Positions 28,001 through 37,053 of a stretch of 64,000 nucleotides of DNA are shown here, in pieces. The stretch spans positions 1 through 64,000 of the forward strand of contig JBHLLF010000008.1 of the NCBI GenBank assembly GCA_048885865.1, given 5' to 3'. Made by a program: the position numbers and the translations under genes. This DNA is from Candidatus Hermodarchaeota archaeon. Its GTDB lineage: Archaea > Asgardarchaeota > Thorarchaeia > Thorarchaeales > Thorarchaeaceae. Within the stretch, counting starts at the first letter, position 1, and every line of letters begins with the position of its first letter. The notes beneath the pieces are model-generated. The model saw nothing but the letters and a program-made list of their open reading frames with translations, searched no databases and had not been told where the DNA came from.

Positions 28001-31000
28001 GGAATCACATCCATCGGCCTTGGTAGCAGCTGGAATGACACCTGAGCGGAGGCGTTTAGATAATTAGGTGCTTGACCCTCTATTCTAATAATAACCATGT
28101 CATAAGCGCTACCGGGACTTGTATCCACAATGGCTGTGTAATTGCCTGGCATACCTGTTAGCCCAAAGACATCTGATCCACCTGTCCATGAGTAGATGAC
28201 AGTAGCAGATGTGACTAGCTGATTTCTTAGAGTGTCATTGAAAGCTGCGTAGATTGTTATAGGCTCTCCCCAGTAAATCTCTAGTGGAGAATAGGCTCTT
28301 GGTCCACTCCATGTTACAATCAATTCCGAAGTAACCGCAAATAGCTCAATGTCTACTGAAAGCGAACTGATTGTGTAATGAGTCAGAATAGCGTCTATCG
28401 TCAGAGTCTGCGAGCCAAAACCCAAATTGCTAGTGAATAGAGTCACATTGTAGCTACCGTCACCTAAGTCTGAGAATGATGCAAAGTCACCCCAAATCAG
28501 GTTGAGAGTCGCTCCACTTCGAGGTGTTCCTCCTGCATCGTCATCTACAAGATACACAGTAACATAGGTGGGCTCTCCAGCATAGTTGGCTGCAGGAACA
28601 TCAGCAGATAGTCCTCCGACTCTGTTGCGGAGACTGACAGCAGTTTGGGTTGTTATTGATTGATAGGGGTAAAGTGTGATGTTGATGGTTATATAGTGGA
28701 GTCCTGGAGAAAGACTGTCAGTGAGATTGACTGAGATGTTGTAGACACCGGGTGCTAATGCATAGACTGACCAACTTGATGGTACGGGTCCTGAAAGATA
28801 TCTGAGAGAGATTGCTCCTTCAGCGCCGGGAATCCCAAGGGAATGATCAATGTCAGTGAATGTCACTGTAAATGAGATGTTTTGGTAGAATGCAGCAACA
28901 GACGGTGTAGGCAATTCGCTCGAAAGGGATACTTGGATTGCTCTGACAATGGCTTCCATCTGAATGTTTGTCACGTTATCGTAGTATGGAGAAATCAGTG
29001 GGTTCCATCGGACTTCGAGAATGAAGTTATAGAGACCTAGACTTCCGAGGGATGCACTACTCACATCGATTTCATACCTCCCTCCTGCTCCTGGAGTTAT
29101 CCAGTAGTCTACTCCTTCAATAAGTCCTGGAACTTCGACACAGGAGAAGACAATTGAAGCACCAGCAATTCCAGTTCCTTTAGCCTGGTCGAAGAAGGTC
29201 AGCCCTAGCACTATATCGTCACCAAGAGGTGTGTCTACAACTTGATCCAATTCCACGCTGCCAGTTCTCGAAACAGTGGTGACATAGACTGTGGACTGAT
29301 CGTCCTGATAGAATGGTGATCCTCCCGTCCAAGTAACGACAATTGTGATGTTCCAATTGCTGACTAATGCAGGACTGATTATAGTGGAGTTCAGATTGAC
29401 ACGCAACCCACTACCAGCTGTAGAGATGCTGTATTCCTGTGTGCCGAGCTGGATGGCATTGCTGAAAATGCTGACATCACTAGCTCCTATTACGATTGCC
29501 TGCCTCGTGACTATGTCGATAAATATGAAGTTGAATGTCACATTATCAAGGAACTGAGTTTCAGTTGGAGGTACCGTTATCTCAATGCTTGTCTGGCGTT
29601 CAGTGACTGCGAAAGTAACGTTGCGTGAAGCATCACTGTAGTGCGGTGCGCCTGCAGACCAATCAGCTGTCACTGTGATAGTCTTGATGCCGGGTGTACC
29701 TAGGAACGAGGTGTCAATAGATATCCTGTATTGGCCAACTCCGATGACAGAAATCTGATATTCCACACCCTGGCTTAGGAGATCCAAACCATGACGGAGG
29801 ATTATGCTTCCTCCGGTTATGCCTGATAGCGATAGGATATCCTTGTATTCGATCGTGAAATTAGCAGAGTCAGAATAGCTAGTAGGAAGTGCCGTTGTGA
29901 TGATATCCAAGGTGGTATCTCTCTCCCGGAGCCGGAATGAAACTAAAACCTCGGATGATTTGTAAAATGGTGCTTTGTCTTCGGCGCTGAAATTCAACCA
30001 GAGCTGATATGGGATTCCAATATTAAGCGCTTGATTGTAGGTTTCAACGATGAGCAGATAATTCTGCATGGATGGCCGCCACACACAGGTGAATATCCAC
30101 CCGGTCCCATTGAGTATCTCAATATGCGTATAGTGGCTACTCTCGTTTGCTATCGAGTCTAGCGAATTGAGATCTAGGTACTGAATGATAATTCTTAGAG
30201 ATGTATTATAAGCTGTATCACCCGGAGGTTCCACAATCAGAGTAGTTTCACGAGAATCAATTGTCAGAGTTCTTGATCCGCTCTTGGCAAGATAGTAGAA
30301 TGCTCCTGGCGTCGCGACAATTTCTAGATTGTATTCGCCAGGATTAGTGTAATATGAAGTGTTCAGTTCAATCAGATATTGCCCTTGGCCTTGTTCAATG
30401 ATACTCACGTAACTTTGCGGTATCTCGCTAGCACCATCATAGAGGCTTATACTTACAGATTCAACGCCCTTTGAAACTGATCCGGCAACATCTGTTAGGA
30501 CAACTATGAATGAAACATTGTCGCCATAGGATGTTAGTGGAGGCGTTGGATATGTCAGTACGGTCTGTCTGTCTGACACTGTAACTGATATCATCTGGCC
30601 GGTTTTATTGGCATAGAACGGAATTCCTGACCAAAACACACTGAGAGTGAATATCCTTTCACCTAGGGGTGCTCCGAATTGACTTGTATTGAACGAAACT
30701 GTGAATGTTCCTCCAAGAGAGTCATAAGACACCGTGAACTCAGCTAGACTCAATGAAATGGTCATTGCAGGATCATTAGCAATAGTGCTTGAGGTTCCTC
30801 CGGTAATGTCTTCGAATGTAAACATGAATGTCGCGTTCTCACCGAATGCCACGGTGGTGGGTGGTACTATAGAGAGTAGTGTGTCTCTGGGGAGAACCCT
30901 GACAGAAATCACATCCGTCCGGTTTGTATAATATGGCCAGGCACCTTGGGACCAATTGATGAACACCTTCATTGAGAATAGGCCGGTGGTGCCAAGGATT

Positions 31001-34000
31001 GTGTTGTTGAAGCCAATAGAGTACTGGCCAGGACTTAGAATGTTGTCAACTTCCAAGATATCGACCTGAGAGTAATCGATCGTCAGCCCACTGAATTCGA
31101 CATGGATTAGCACATCAAACGTATCGTTGGTTATGCCGAAACCGGATGAGTCCATGTAAAGAAATGTATAGTCCATATAGCCCAAACATGGGGTCGCAGG
31201 AGTAGCATCAATTAGCACCAGTTCAGAATCCTCACCTAATATCTCAGCCGAGGTGAGAATGAACTTGTCCTGGTACTTTTGTATGCTCCCTGTCCAGTTG
31301 AAAATAATGGTAAGCTGTTGAGTTCCAAGTCTTCCAAACTGTGATGCATCGATAGTGATATCATAATATCCATTGGCTGAACCATTGACCCATGAGATGA
31401 TGAGGGTGTCAGTGCTGTTTCTTACGGTGCAGGAAACATCGGATGAAACAATGCCTAGGGTGTGGTCTCGGTCGCCATAATAGACAGTTATCTGTATCTG
31501 ACCTGTTGCTGTTGTTGTTCCTGCTGGTGTTATTAGCCGCAATTCGGTATCAATAGTGCGAATGACTATTGACACATTGAAGTAGGCTGCTTCATACTCA
31601 GCACCAGCTGAGAAATCAAACATCAGAAGATATGATCCAAGGCTATCAGTATCAAAGGTGGTGATGGTGACCTTCCAACGAGTCCCTATCCAAACTATGT
31701 CATAGTGACTGACGGTCCAATTACATGAACCACTCGCACCATCGCCAGGTCCGATGGTCATGCCGTGGTCCATATCCATGTAATCTACATAGAACGTCCT
31801 TGAATCTCCCACTGGTATATCTAGGAAGCCTACAGTTGCTATTGCATAGGTTCTGATTTGCCGCACTTGTATGTATATAGTGATATTCTTGCTCTGGTAG
31901 TTCGGAGCAGAAACTATCAGGGTTACATTGTCTCCTCCAATGCTCCAGCTTGAAGTGTCTATAACAACCCTGTATCTACCGCTGCCTATCAAGTTCTCAC
32001 TCAATTCTGTGGCACCAACAACTGCAACAGATGCAGTATCGATCCCCTGCCCCCGATCTATGTCTACGAACTCCAGTGTGATTGCGGCGTCTGTACTATA
32101 CGATATCGTCATAGTCGGATAGTCTGGAGAAGTTAGTTCGCTACGTGCTTGACTATATACAAAATTGATGATGGGTGTTTGAGTGCTGGTGTAATTCTCA
32201 GCTGGTCCAAAGGTGACAATTATCCGAATTGTATAACTACCTATTGAGAAGAATGATTGAGAGATATTGAGAAGATATTCTCCATTGCCCAAGAATGAGA
32301 GATCTTGAATTGTATATGGTGTGCTATCCTTATCCTGTGCGTCGAAATAGCTGATGTCCAATCCATTTATGAAATCGCCATCATACAGTGATACTGATTC
32401 ATTCACTGTCAATTCGAGTGTGATTAGGAAGTCATCACCCACTGGAAAGCTGTCGATCGGAGTCCAACTAAGATCTGTTGTCACCTTCTTTATCTCAATA
32501 ATGACTGCGGTAGTCGCATCATAATAGAACCTAGGAGAGGTCGTTGCGAATAATGTCAGAGTCAAAGTGTGAGATCCAAGAGCCCACCCCTCTGTCTGAA
32601 GCCAAAAGTCCTTCGAACCAAATGGGGAGGACCCTCCACTCCACTGAGCTAGAACTGATGAAAAGTTGCTTGGAATTGTGGCACTGCCTGAATCCAAGTC
32701 ATAGTAAGATAGACTGATGTGGGTGTTAGTGCCTAGAGGAACAGAGCTATTATAGGAAACTACCAGAGCTGTCCGATGGGGAATCACACTCACTGCAACG
32801 GTGATTTGATCCATGACATAGTAGGACTTGCTGATTGAGAAGTTGAACAAGTAGATGCCAACTGCATACCCGCTCACATCAATCTCAATCGAATAGGTCC
32901 CATCCAAAACATCTGTGTACTGGAAGGTGGCATCACCAGTCAGTGTCCCACCAGCGATGCCAATCCCCCCATGGTCTTTGTCCTGCCATTTTAAGGTCGT
33001 ATTGACGGTTTCACCCCATGGGATATTTATCGGACTGGCTCCAAACTGAACAAGCTCTGTCCTAATAGCTCGGTATGCAAAGACAACAACAGTGCTACTT
33101 CCAAGCACGAAACTTTGACTGGGTAAAGCATTAATCTGGAAGCCATACGTGCCGAGCTCAAGACCTGCTGAGTCGATTTGAACCAAATAGGTGCCGTTTC
33201 CATAGTCGACTGGAATGCCAACAAGAGTGCCATTCGAAGTTATTCCGGCTGAAGGATATGGATTGCCGTTTATCGCATCATAAAGAGTCACTTTGACAGT
33301 GAAATCATCACCATAGGCAGTAGTATCTGGTGTTTGATATGAAACATATGTGGGATGCGAAAGCTCAAGGTCAAAGAATGTCGAGGAGTCTGCAAGATAA
33401 GGATGACTTGATTGGATATTGATTCTCCACATCCCTGGCAGGCCAAGATCTGAGGTGTTCAGAGCCTTACCATAGGAACCATCTCCATAATCCTCCAACT
33501 GCACCTGAGTCGGTGCACCTGAAATGGTCCAATTAATCATCATTGTAGAACCTGATATGCTTTCAGAGGTGTCTGTGTCCGTTAGTTGCACTTCGACTAG
33601 CAATAGATCGCCAGCTGTCTTCACAGACAACTGATCTCCAACCGCATCACCAGGTGCCTGAAGTTCCAGGGATGAAGAATGTTTCACAATGAACTCTCTA
33701 CTGTATCTGCCAACGTAAAGTGGGACTGCTCCGGCAGTATCGTTGAAATCAATATACGCAATCCATGTTCCACGTGGCCAAGTACCATCGACCGCAATAC
33801 TCAGCCACTCAAACTGCCCACTTCCATCCTGCGAAGAATCATCTGATGCATAAAAGACCTGGTCATTTGGATCAACAAGTGTAAGTCTCATTGCTGAACC
33901 GGGAATGATCGAAGCTGTACCTCTAAAGTCCAATGTCTGACCTGACTGCGCGACAGCAGTCATTTCATATGAACCAGCTCCTACAGCACATTCAAGATTA

Positions 34001-37000
34001 CTGGCTTCGTTTGAGGAAGTAAAATCAAAGCTCCAGATACCATAGACATCAATAGCGGATGATGGAACCATGACTTGCGTCGCTGTTGTCGTCACTTCGG
34101 ATGTCCGTATGTTATCAAAGGAGTCAGTGACACTCTGGAGCGTCCAAGTTGAGAGCTTATCAAGAGTTAGATTGATGTTGGCGACCCCTGGTGGAGGATT
34201 AATCAAGATATTCGCAGTCCATGTTGCTTCAGTTCCATTGGCAACAGAGAATGATGTCCCTGGAATCATGCTTGCATCTAGAGAGGTTTCCTGAGTGGTG
34301 ATACCAAGAGTCATTCTTGGAAGGATACTTACTACAGATGAGGAATCTGTCGTGAAGAACAACGTTGCGTTTTGTCCATATTGCACACTCTGCTCGGAGC
34401 CAACGCTGAGAAAGCTGGATGGGTCGTACTGATTTGCATATTCAGTCTGTATCCAGTCGGCTGACTTGTAGCCCATTATTGTGCGAAACTCGTCAATTCC
34501 TCCAAGGTGAACTTGGCCTCCGCCATATAGACCAAGAGAGAATATACTTGGATCATCTCTCAGCTTGGCTCCTGCTCCCATACCTGAATTAGCATTTGAG
34601 TCTGTAAGTGTGCCGTCTGCATAACTGTAGGCATGTAATGTTCCGTCCCCTGTGCTCTCATACTTGTACACAATGTAGTTCCAAGTCTGACGTTTCACCA
34701 ACACATTCAGGTAGCTGGTGTATCCGCCATCAAAATGTATGTCGGGCTGGAACGAGGCTTGGCCAGCTGGCCACCCTGTTGTGCCCCTGAATGTTCTACA
34801 TAGAGTGATGCTTGTGCCTTTCTCAAAGATTCGGGGCTCTACACTGGTCCATTCGGCATCACTTGAGTAATCGAAGTAGATCCAGAAGGAAAACTGGAAG
34901 TCTGTCCAGCCGTCAAGAATACTATCACTATCGATGAAGGGGATGTAATTGCCAGCCGCATCTTGGAAGTACCGGGCAGCACCAATTTTCGCATTCTGCA
35001 TGAAGGTTGTCTGGACAGGCATGCCATCGTGGTAATTCTGACTTGAGTCTTCTAAGAACGAGCCATTGCCAGACTGTTCTGAGAGGTGCCAAACACTGTT
35101 GTAGTCGTCCCAAATCCCATGTGGGTTTTCTGGGATGCTTCCATCTGGAGCTCCGTAGGACATCGTGACAGTTGTGTCAGTCGAGGAAGACAGCAAAGGA
35201 ACCCTCACCCAAGCTACAAGATGTGCGTGTGTTGAATTATGGTTAGAGTCATATAGTTCGAATTCATGGTCTAGTGTTTGTGAGCCAATTGTGAACTTGA
35301 TATCTTTCCCATCTGGTCGAGCATCAGTCTTGAGGTCACTGTCATAGATGTCCACCAAGACCGGGAAGTCCTCTAGGTCCGAGCTCACCTTTGTGTGGTC
35401 GATCGTCAGGTCCTTCTTGTATTCAAGAATGGAAATAGTGTCTTCTTCTTGAGGCACTAGGAAGTCGACGTAAAATGTAGCCAAGTCTAGGCCGCCATAG
35501 CCCCACGTACCCCTCATAGAGTTCCAATCGCGGTACTGGTCAGAGTTCATGTAGTCAATCATGACGCAGATATAGTTCCCATTACTCCAACCGGAACGAG
35601 ACACCAAACTTTGTACAAGCGATGACATGTCTGGTGTTCTATATCTGAAATAATTCTCCCAAGTATCTTGGATCCATGCGACACTTGTATTGCTCCAAGT
35701 GTACCTATTCTCCAAATTGGGTAGCCCATTTGTGAAAGGTGCAACATTATCTTCTTCTGCAACAAAAACTCGAAGGGAATTAGCCCCTCCGCCCCAGTAC
35801 CCTAATGCCTCTACTTCCAACGCCGCAGAAGTAATAATTGCGCCTTGAGGTATATCCAAAGGGAACTGGATTCCAATTTGATATTTGATGACATCATCCC
35901 AAGATGTGCCGCTGGAACTCCAAACACCAACCTCTAATGCGCTGGAAGTGCTGATTCCAGTGTCAGAGCGACTGAAGCAATCTCTTGAAGCCCCGTCTGG
36001 AACATATGTGGAAACACTTCCAGGAATAGAGCCAGTGATTACAGTCTGGTTCGCACTCAGACCAATCTGCTCCGGAAAGGGTCTTGCCTGCAAGACTACA
36101 TCGATCTCGTCAAGATACAACTGATGATCAACGGTAGAAGATGGTGTTCCAGAGTAGTCAGTCCCCACACCTATGTCAAGATCCAGTGTTCCAGGTATTG
36201 GATATGCATCGAATGCTGACATTGGCACTTGCACTGAATACTGGAGCCATTGATCAGTAGGGTCTCCAGACTCGAATAGATGTAGTTTGGCCACATAATT
36301 ACCCATTCGAACAAAAAGGTAGAAGTAGTCATTCAAAGTCGATTGACTCCGCACATAGTAGTAGAGTGATATTTGGGCCCCGTAGAGTTCTCTGTAGGGT
36401 AATTGCACACTCTGGGTCAGATACAACTTCATGCTTGGATTAATGGCATTTGTTGTTCCGAAGGTTGCAGTGTATCGCCATCCCATTGAACCATCTCTAC
36501 CTGAACCAGAATAGCTATGGAAGTAAAGGCGTCCATAGTATGGATGAATGGCCGATTCACCCTCTTCAATAATGCTCCATTCATCTGGCACATTATACTC
36601 CATCGCATTCCATGGCGAACCAGAAATAATCGTGCGTTCTGTGTGGTATGTGTCAAGAAGCCCATTTTTAATTGGCTGGAATGAAGTTGAGATTTGACTA
36701 ATCGATCCGCTCAAGGAGGTTCCGGTCCACCCTTGAGGTCCGCTTATTGTTACTGGAGTCGGTGCCAATGAGTCAAGTAAAACAATACCTTGAGAATCAT
36801 TGGAAATCGCCCCATTCAGTGTCACACTCTGGGAGGCCCCGCTTCCTCCATAGGATTGAGCTCCCGAAGAAGCCAATACGTTCGTGTTTCTTTCTTGAGA
36901 TGATGAAAACCTTTCTCCATTTTGAGCGGGCAAGGATCCAGGAATGGGGCAGCAAAGCAAGATCAGCATTCCTATCATAGCCAGCCTAAACGGCATACGC

Positions 37001-37053
37001 CTTGTGTGATTCCTAATTCTCGAAGAGGCGACATTATAATGAGTGGACATCAC
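25090..37053 (-). CDS. Giant (3987 aa) single-pass surface glycoprotein: signal peptide, carbohydrate-binding-like domains, one DUF2341+LamG module, ~25 Ig-like repeats, TM helix and a cytoplasmic tail with four helical repeats
   Basis: Hydrophobic N-terminus, IPQGAIITSA.L (DNRLRE-like), KKDLTIDHTKV..DL.DFPVLV (DUF2341), VWHL.E...GGIDEFR (LamG), recurring PYGD...Y.D....I.GA....G.G.Y.I.IDT..L repeats, TM at ~26325-26400 followed by a basic segment, and many NxS/T sequons. Confidence 0.85.
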   Translation of the reverse strand: MMSTHYNVASSRIRNHTRRMPFRLAMIGMLILLCCPIPGSLPAQNGERFSSSQERNTNVLASSGAQSYGGSGASQSVTLNGAISNDSQGIVLLDSLAPTPVTISGPQGWTGTSLSGSISQISTSFQPIKNGLLDTYHTERTIISGSPWNAMEYNVPDEWSIIEEGESAIHPYYGRLYFHSYSGSGRDGSMGWRYTATFGTTNAINPSMKLYLTQSVQLPYRELYGAQISLYYYVRSQSTLNDYFYLFVRMGNYVAKLHLFESGDPTDQWLQYSVQVPMSAFDAYPIPGTLDLDIGVGTDYSGTPSSTVDHQLYLDEIDVVLQARPFPEQIGLSANQTVITGSIPGSVSTYVPDGASRDCFSRSDTGISTSSALEVGVWSSSGTSWDDVIKYQIGIQFPLDIPQGAIITSAALEVEALGYWGGGANSLRVFVAEEDNVAPFTNGLPNLENRYTWSNTSVAWIQDTWENYFRYRTPDMSSLVQSLVSRSGWSNGNYICVMIDYMNSDQYRDWNSMRGTWGYGGLDLATFYVDFLVPQEEDTISILEYKKDLTIDHTKVSSDLEDFPVLVDIYDSDLKTDARPDGKDIKFTIGSQTLDHEFELYDSNHNSTHAHLVAWVRVPLLSSSTDTTVTMSYGAPDGSIPENPHGIWDDYNSVWHLSEQSGNGSFLEDSSQNYHDGMPVQTTFMQNAKIGAARYFQDAAGNYIPFIDSDSILDGWTDFQFSFWIYFDYSSDAEWTSVEPRIFEKGTSITLCRTFRGTTGWPAGQASFQPDIHFDGGYTSYLNVLVKRQTWNYIVYKYESTGDGTLHAYSYADGTLTDSNANSGMGAGAKLRDDPSIFSLGLYGGGQVHLGGIDEFRTIMGYKSADWIQTEYANQYDPSSFLSVGSEQSVQYGQNATLFFTTDSSSVVSILPRMTLGITTQETSLDASMIPGTSFSVANGTEATWTANILINPPPGVANINLTLDKLSTWTLQSVTDSFDNIRTSEVTTTATQVMVPSSAIDVYGIWSFDFTSSNEASNLECAVGAGSYEMTAVAQSGQTLDFRGTASIIPGSAMRLTLVDPNDQVFYASDDSSQDGSGQFEWLSIAVDGTWPRGTWIAYIDFNDTAGAVPLYVGRYSREFIVKHSSSLELQAPGDAVGDQLSVKTAGDLLLVEVQLTDTDTSESISGSTMMINWTISGAPTQVQLEDYGDGSYGKALNTSDLGLPGMWRINIQSSHPYLADSSTFFDLELSHPTYVSYQTPDTTAYGDDFTVKVTLYDAINGNPYPSAGITSNGTLVGIPVDYGNGTYLVQIDSAGLELGTYGFQINALPSQSFVLGSSTVVVFAYRAIRTELVQFGASPINIPWGETVNTTLKWQDKDHGGIGIAGGTLTGDATFQYTDVLDGTYSIEIDVSGYAVGIYLFNFSISKSYYVMDQITVAVSVIPHRTALVVSYNSSVPLGTNTHISLSYYDLDSGSATIPSNFSSVLAQWSGGSSPFGSKDFWLQTEGWALGSHTLTLTLFATTSPRFYYDATTAVIIEIKKVTTDLSWTPIDSFPVGDDFLITLELTVNESVSLYDGDFINGLDISYFDAQDKDSTPYTIQDLSFLGNGEYLLNISQSFFSIGSYTIRIIVTFGPAENYTSTQTPIINFVYSQARSELTSPDYPTMTISYSTDAAITLEFVDIDRGQGIDTASVAVVGATELSENLIGSGRYRVVIDTSSWSIGGDNVTLIVSAPNYQSKNITIYIQVRQIRTYAIATVGFLDIPVGDSRTFYVDYMDMDHGMTIGPGDGASGSCNWTVSHYDIVWIGTRWKVTITTFDTDSLGSYLLMFDFSAGAEYEAAYFNVSIVIRTIDTELRLITPAGTTTATGQIQITVYYGDRDHTLGIVSSDVSCTVRNSTDTLIISWVNGSANGYYDITIDASQFGRLGTQQLTIIFNWTGSIQKYQDKFILTSAEILGEDSELVLIDATPATPCLGYMDYTFLYMDSSGFGITNDTFDVLIHVEFSGLTIDYSQVDILEVDNILSPGQYSIGFNNTILGTTGLFSMKVFINWSQGAWPYYTNRTDVISVRVLPRDTLLSIVPPTTVAFGENATFMFTFEDITGGTSSTIANDPAMTISLSLAEFTVSYDSLGGTFTVSFNTSQFGAPLGERIFTLSVFWSGIPFYANKTGQMISVTVSDRQTVLTYPTPPLTSYGDNVSFIVVLTDVAGSVSKGVESVSISLYDGASEIPQSYVSIIEQGQGQYLIELNTSYYTNPGEYNLEIVATPGAFYYLAKSGSRTLTIDSRETTLIVEPPGDTAYNTSLRIIIQYLDLNSLDSIANESSHYTHIEILNGTGWIFTCVWRPSMQNYLLIVETYNQALNIGIPYQLWLNFSAEDKAPFYKSSEVLVSFRLRERDTTLDIITTALPTSYSDSANFTIEYKDILSLSGITGGSIILRHGLDLLSQGVEYQISVIGVGQYRISIDTSFLGTPGIKTITVTADWSAGAPHYSDASRNVTFAVTERQTSIEITVPPTETQFLDNVTFNFIFIDIVTRQAIVIGASDVSIFSNAIQLGTQEYSISTAGSGLRVNLNSTIISPALVSNWNITIVVTWTGGSPFYQDDQSTVYVTTVSRTGSVELDQVVDTPLGDDIVLGLTFFDQAKGTGIAGASIVFSCVEVPGLIEGVDYWITPGAGGRYEIDVSSASLGSLGLYNFILEVRWNPLISPYYDNVTNIQMEAIVRAIQVSLSSELPTPSVAAFYQNISFTVTFTDIDHSLGIPGAEGAISLRYLSGPVPSSWSVYALAPGVYNISVNLTDSLSPGLHYITINITLYPYQSITTQTAVSLRNRVGGLSADVPAANYAGEPTYVTVYLVDDDAGGTPRSGATLNLIWGDFASFSDLGDGSYNVTLFTSNLGFGSQTLTIDAILTHYTISSLSVDIELFAVTSELIVTWSGPRAYSPLEIYWGEPITIYAAFNDTLRNQLVTSATVIYSWTGGSDVFGLTGMPGNYTAIVDTSPGSAYDMVIIRIEGQAPNYLNASAQVSFQLLPRPMDVIPEDSRYFFTVDYGGQASIVVYLEDSESGGMVMDANVSARWEFANLTLAEVPGQPGYYSIIMPTIGATFGTYEIHVSAFKENYANATVTISMSVSKINLEVWLDTATAAYEYTPVYWSEAVRIGVYVLAPALNSSDPYATGLSNCIVRWFSPELGLNGTLLNGSLIGGPGYYFFFFNTSDSTASVHNFVISAEPPSSDYTDAENSTIVLVDNLPAVIQSPGSPEVVWGWTGYINFTYFNTYHGVGIDADVATYQWAGGFGAPFDFGNGVYGVPLNTSTVRPGTYRITVGFQKINYNDQQLTIALSIAPVPTEIVVNLPDEYRIGDTWEQLQVPYGDVLNVVLLFNNTWDSCGVPGAIFNKSVYSGPGFFEEPLSLIAGEGGSYSFVFDTTQGTLYSEFEFSIRFSLENYSTAALTFVVTIVEIPTTAEILGPSIFSLSYSNETTFWVQYSDIWPGHGGIGIPGATATIIITSDDPDLAIIEFSREDAVNPGLYQFRVVSASTPGVIEVTIHFNKSNYVSSNVVLTISISPSDADIMMQTAMTLGSAFTLIILLSAIVWVRVIRVPKIIRTLSAQIRSLRRRRVPKPAGEVLSRSELIAQLFRELTEDLKIDKKPEMIPPESVTVDVPEIEQLLLDLAILTDMTPEEIDDFRRDLSKMKMSQQTNFIAEVIKQEVPRVAQAEEKSFEQVLEDVRLERQRRIGGEATRTVLPGFDIEAEEAALFAPIEKPAVDEDHLSEKELQEMKTGLLERGLPMHEVDAVISQARGLPKDVAEMLLKSFGSAVDMHETEVDTAKLSDMEIEMLRQQLADEGASVKEIDKILEQAREVPRALAMELLKGFRHEQETKRAKKKKEPVETMSEDDLVALRGRLFIKGTPEHEIDAIIEQAKTVPKEMAADFIKQVEETAPVSVAEEIEFEDTLGEMEVEDLRNELKKRKIPAVEIEAIVAQAKNLPKALVQDLLDSIDAEREKK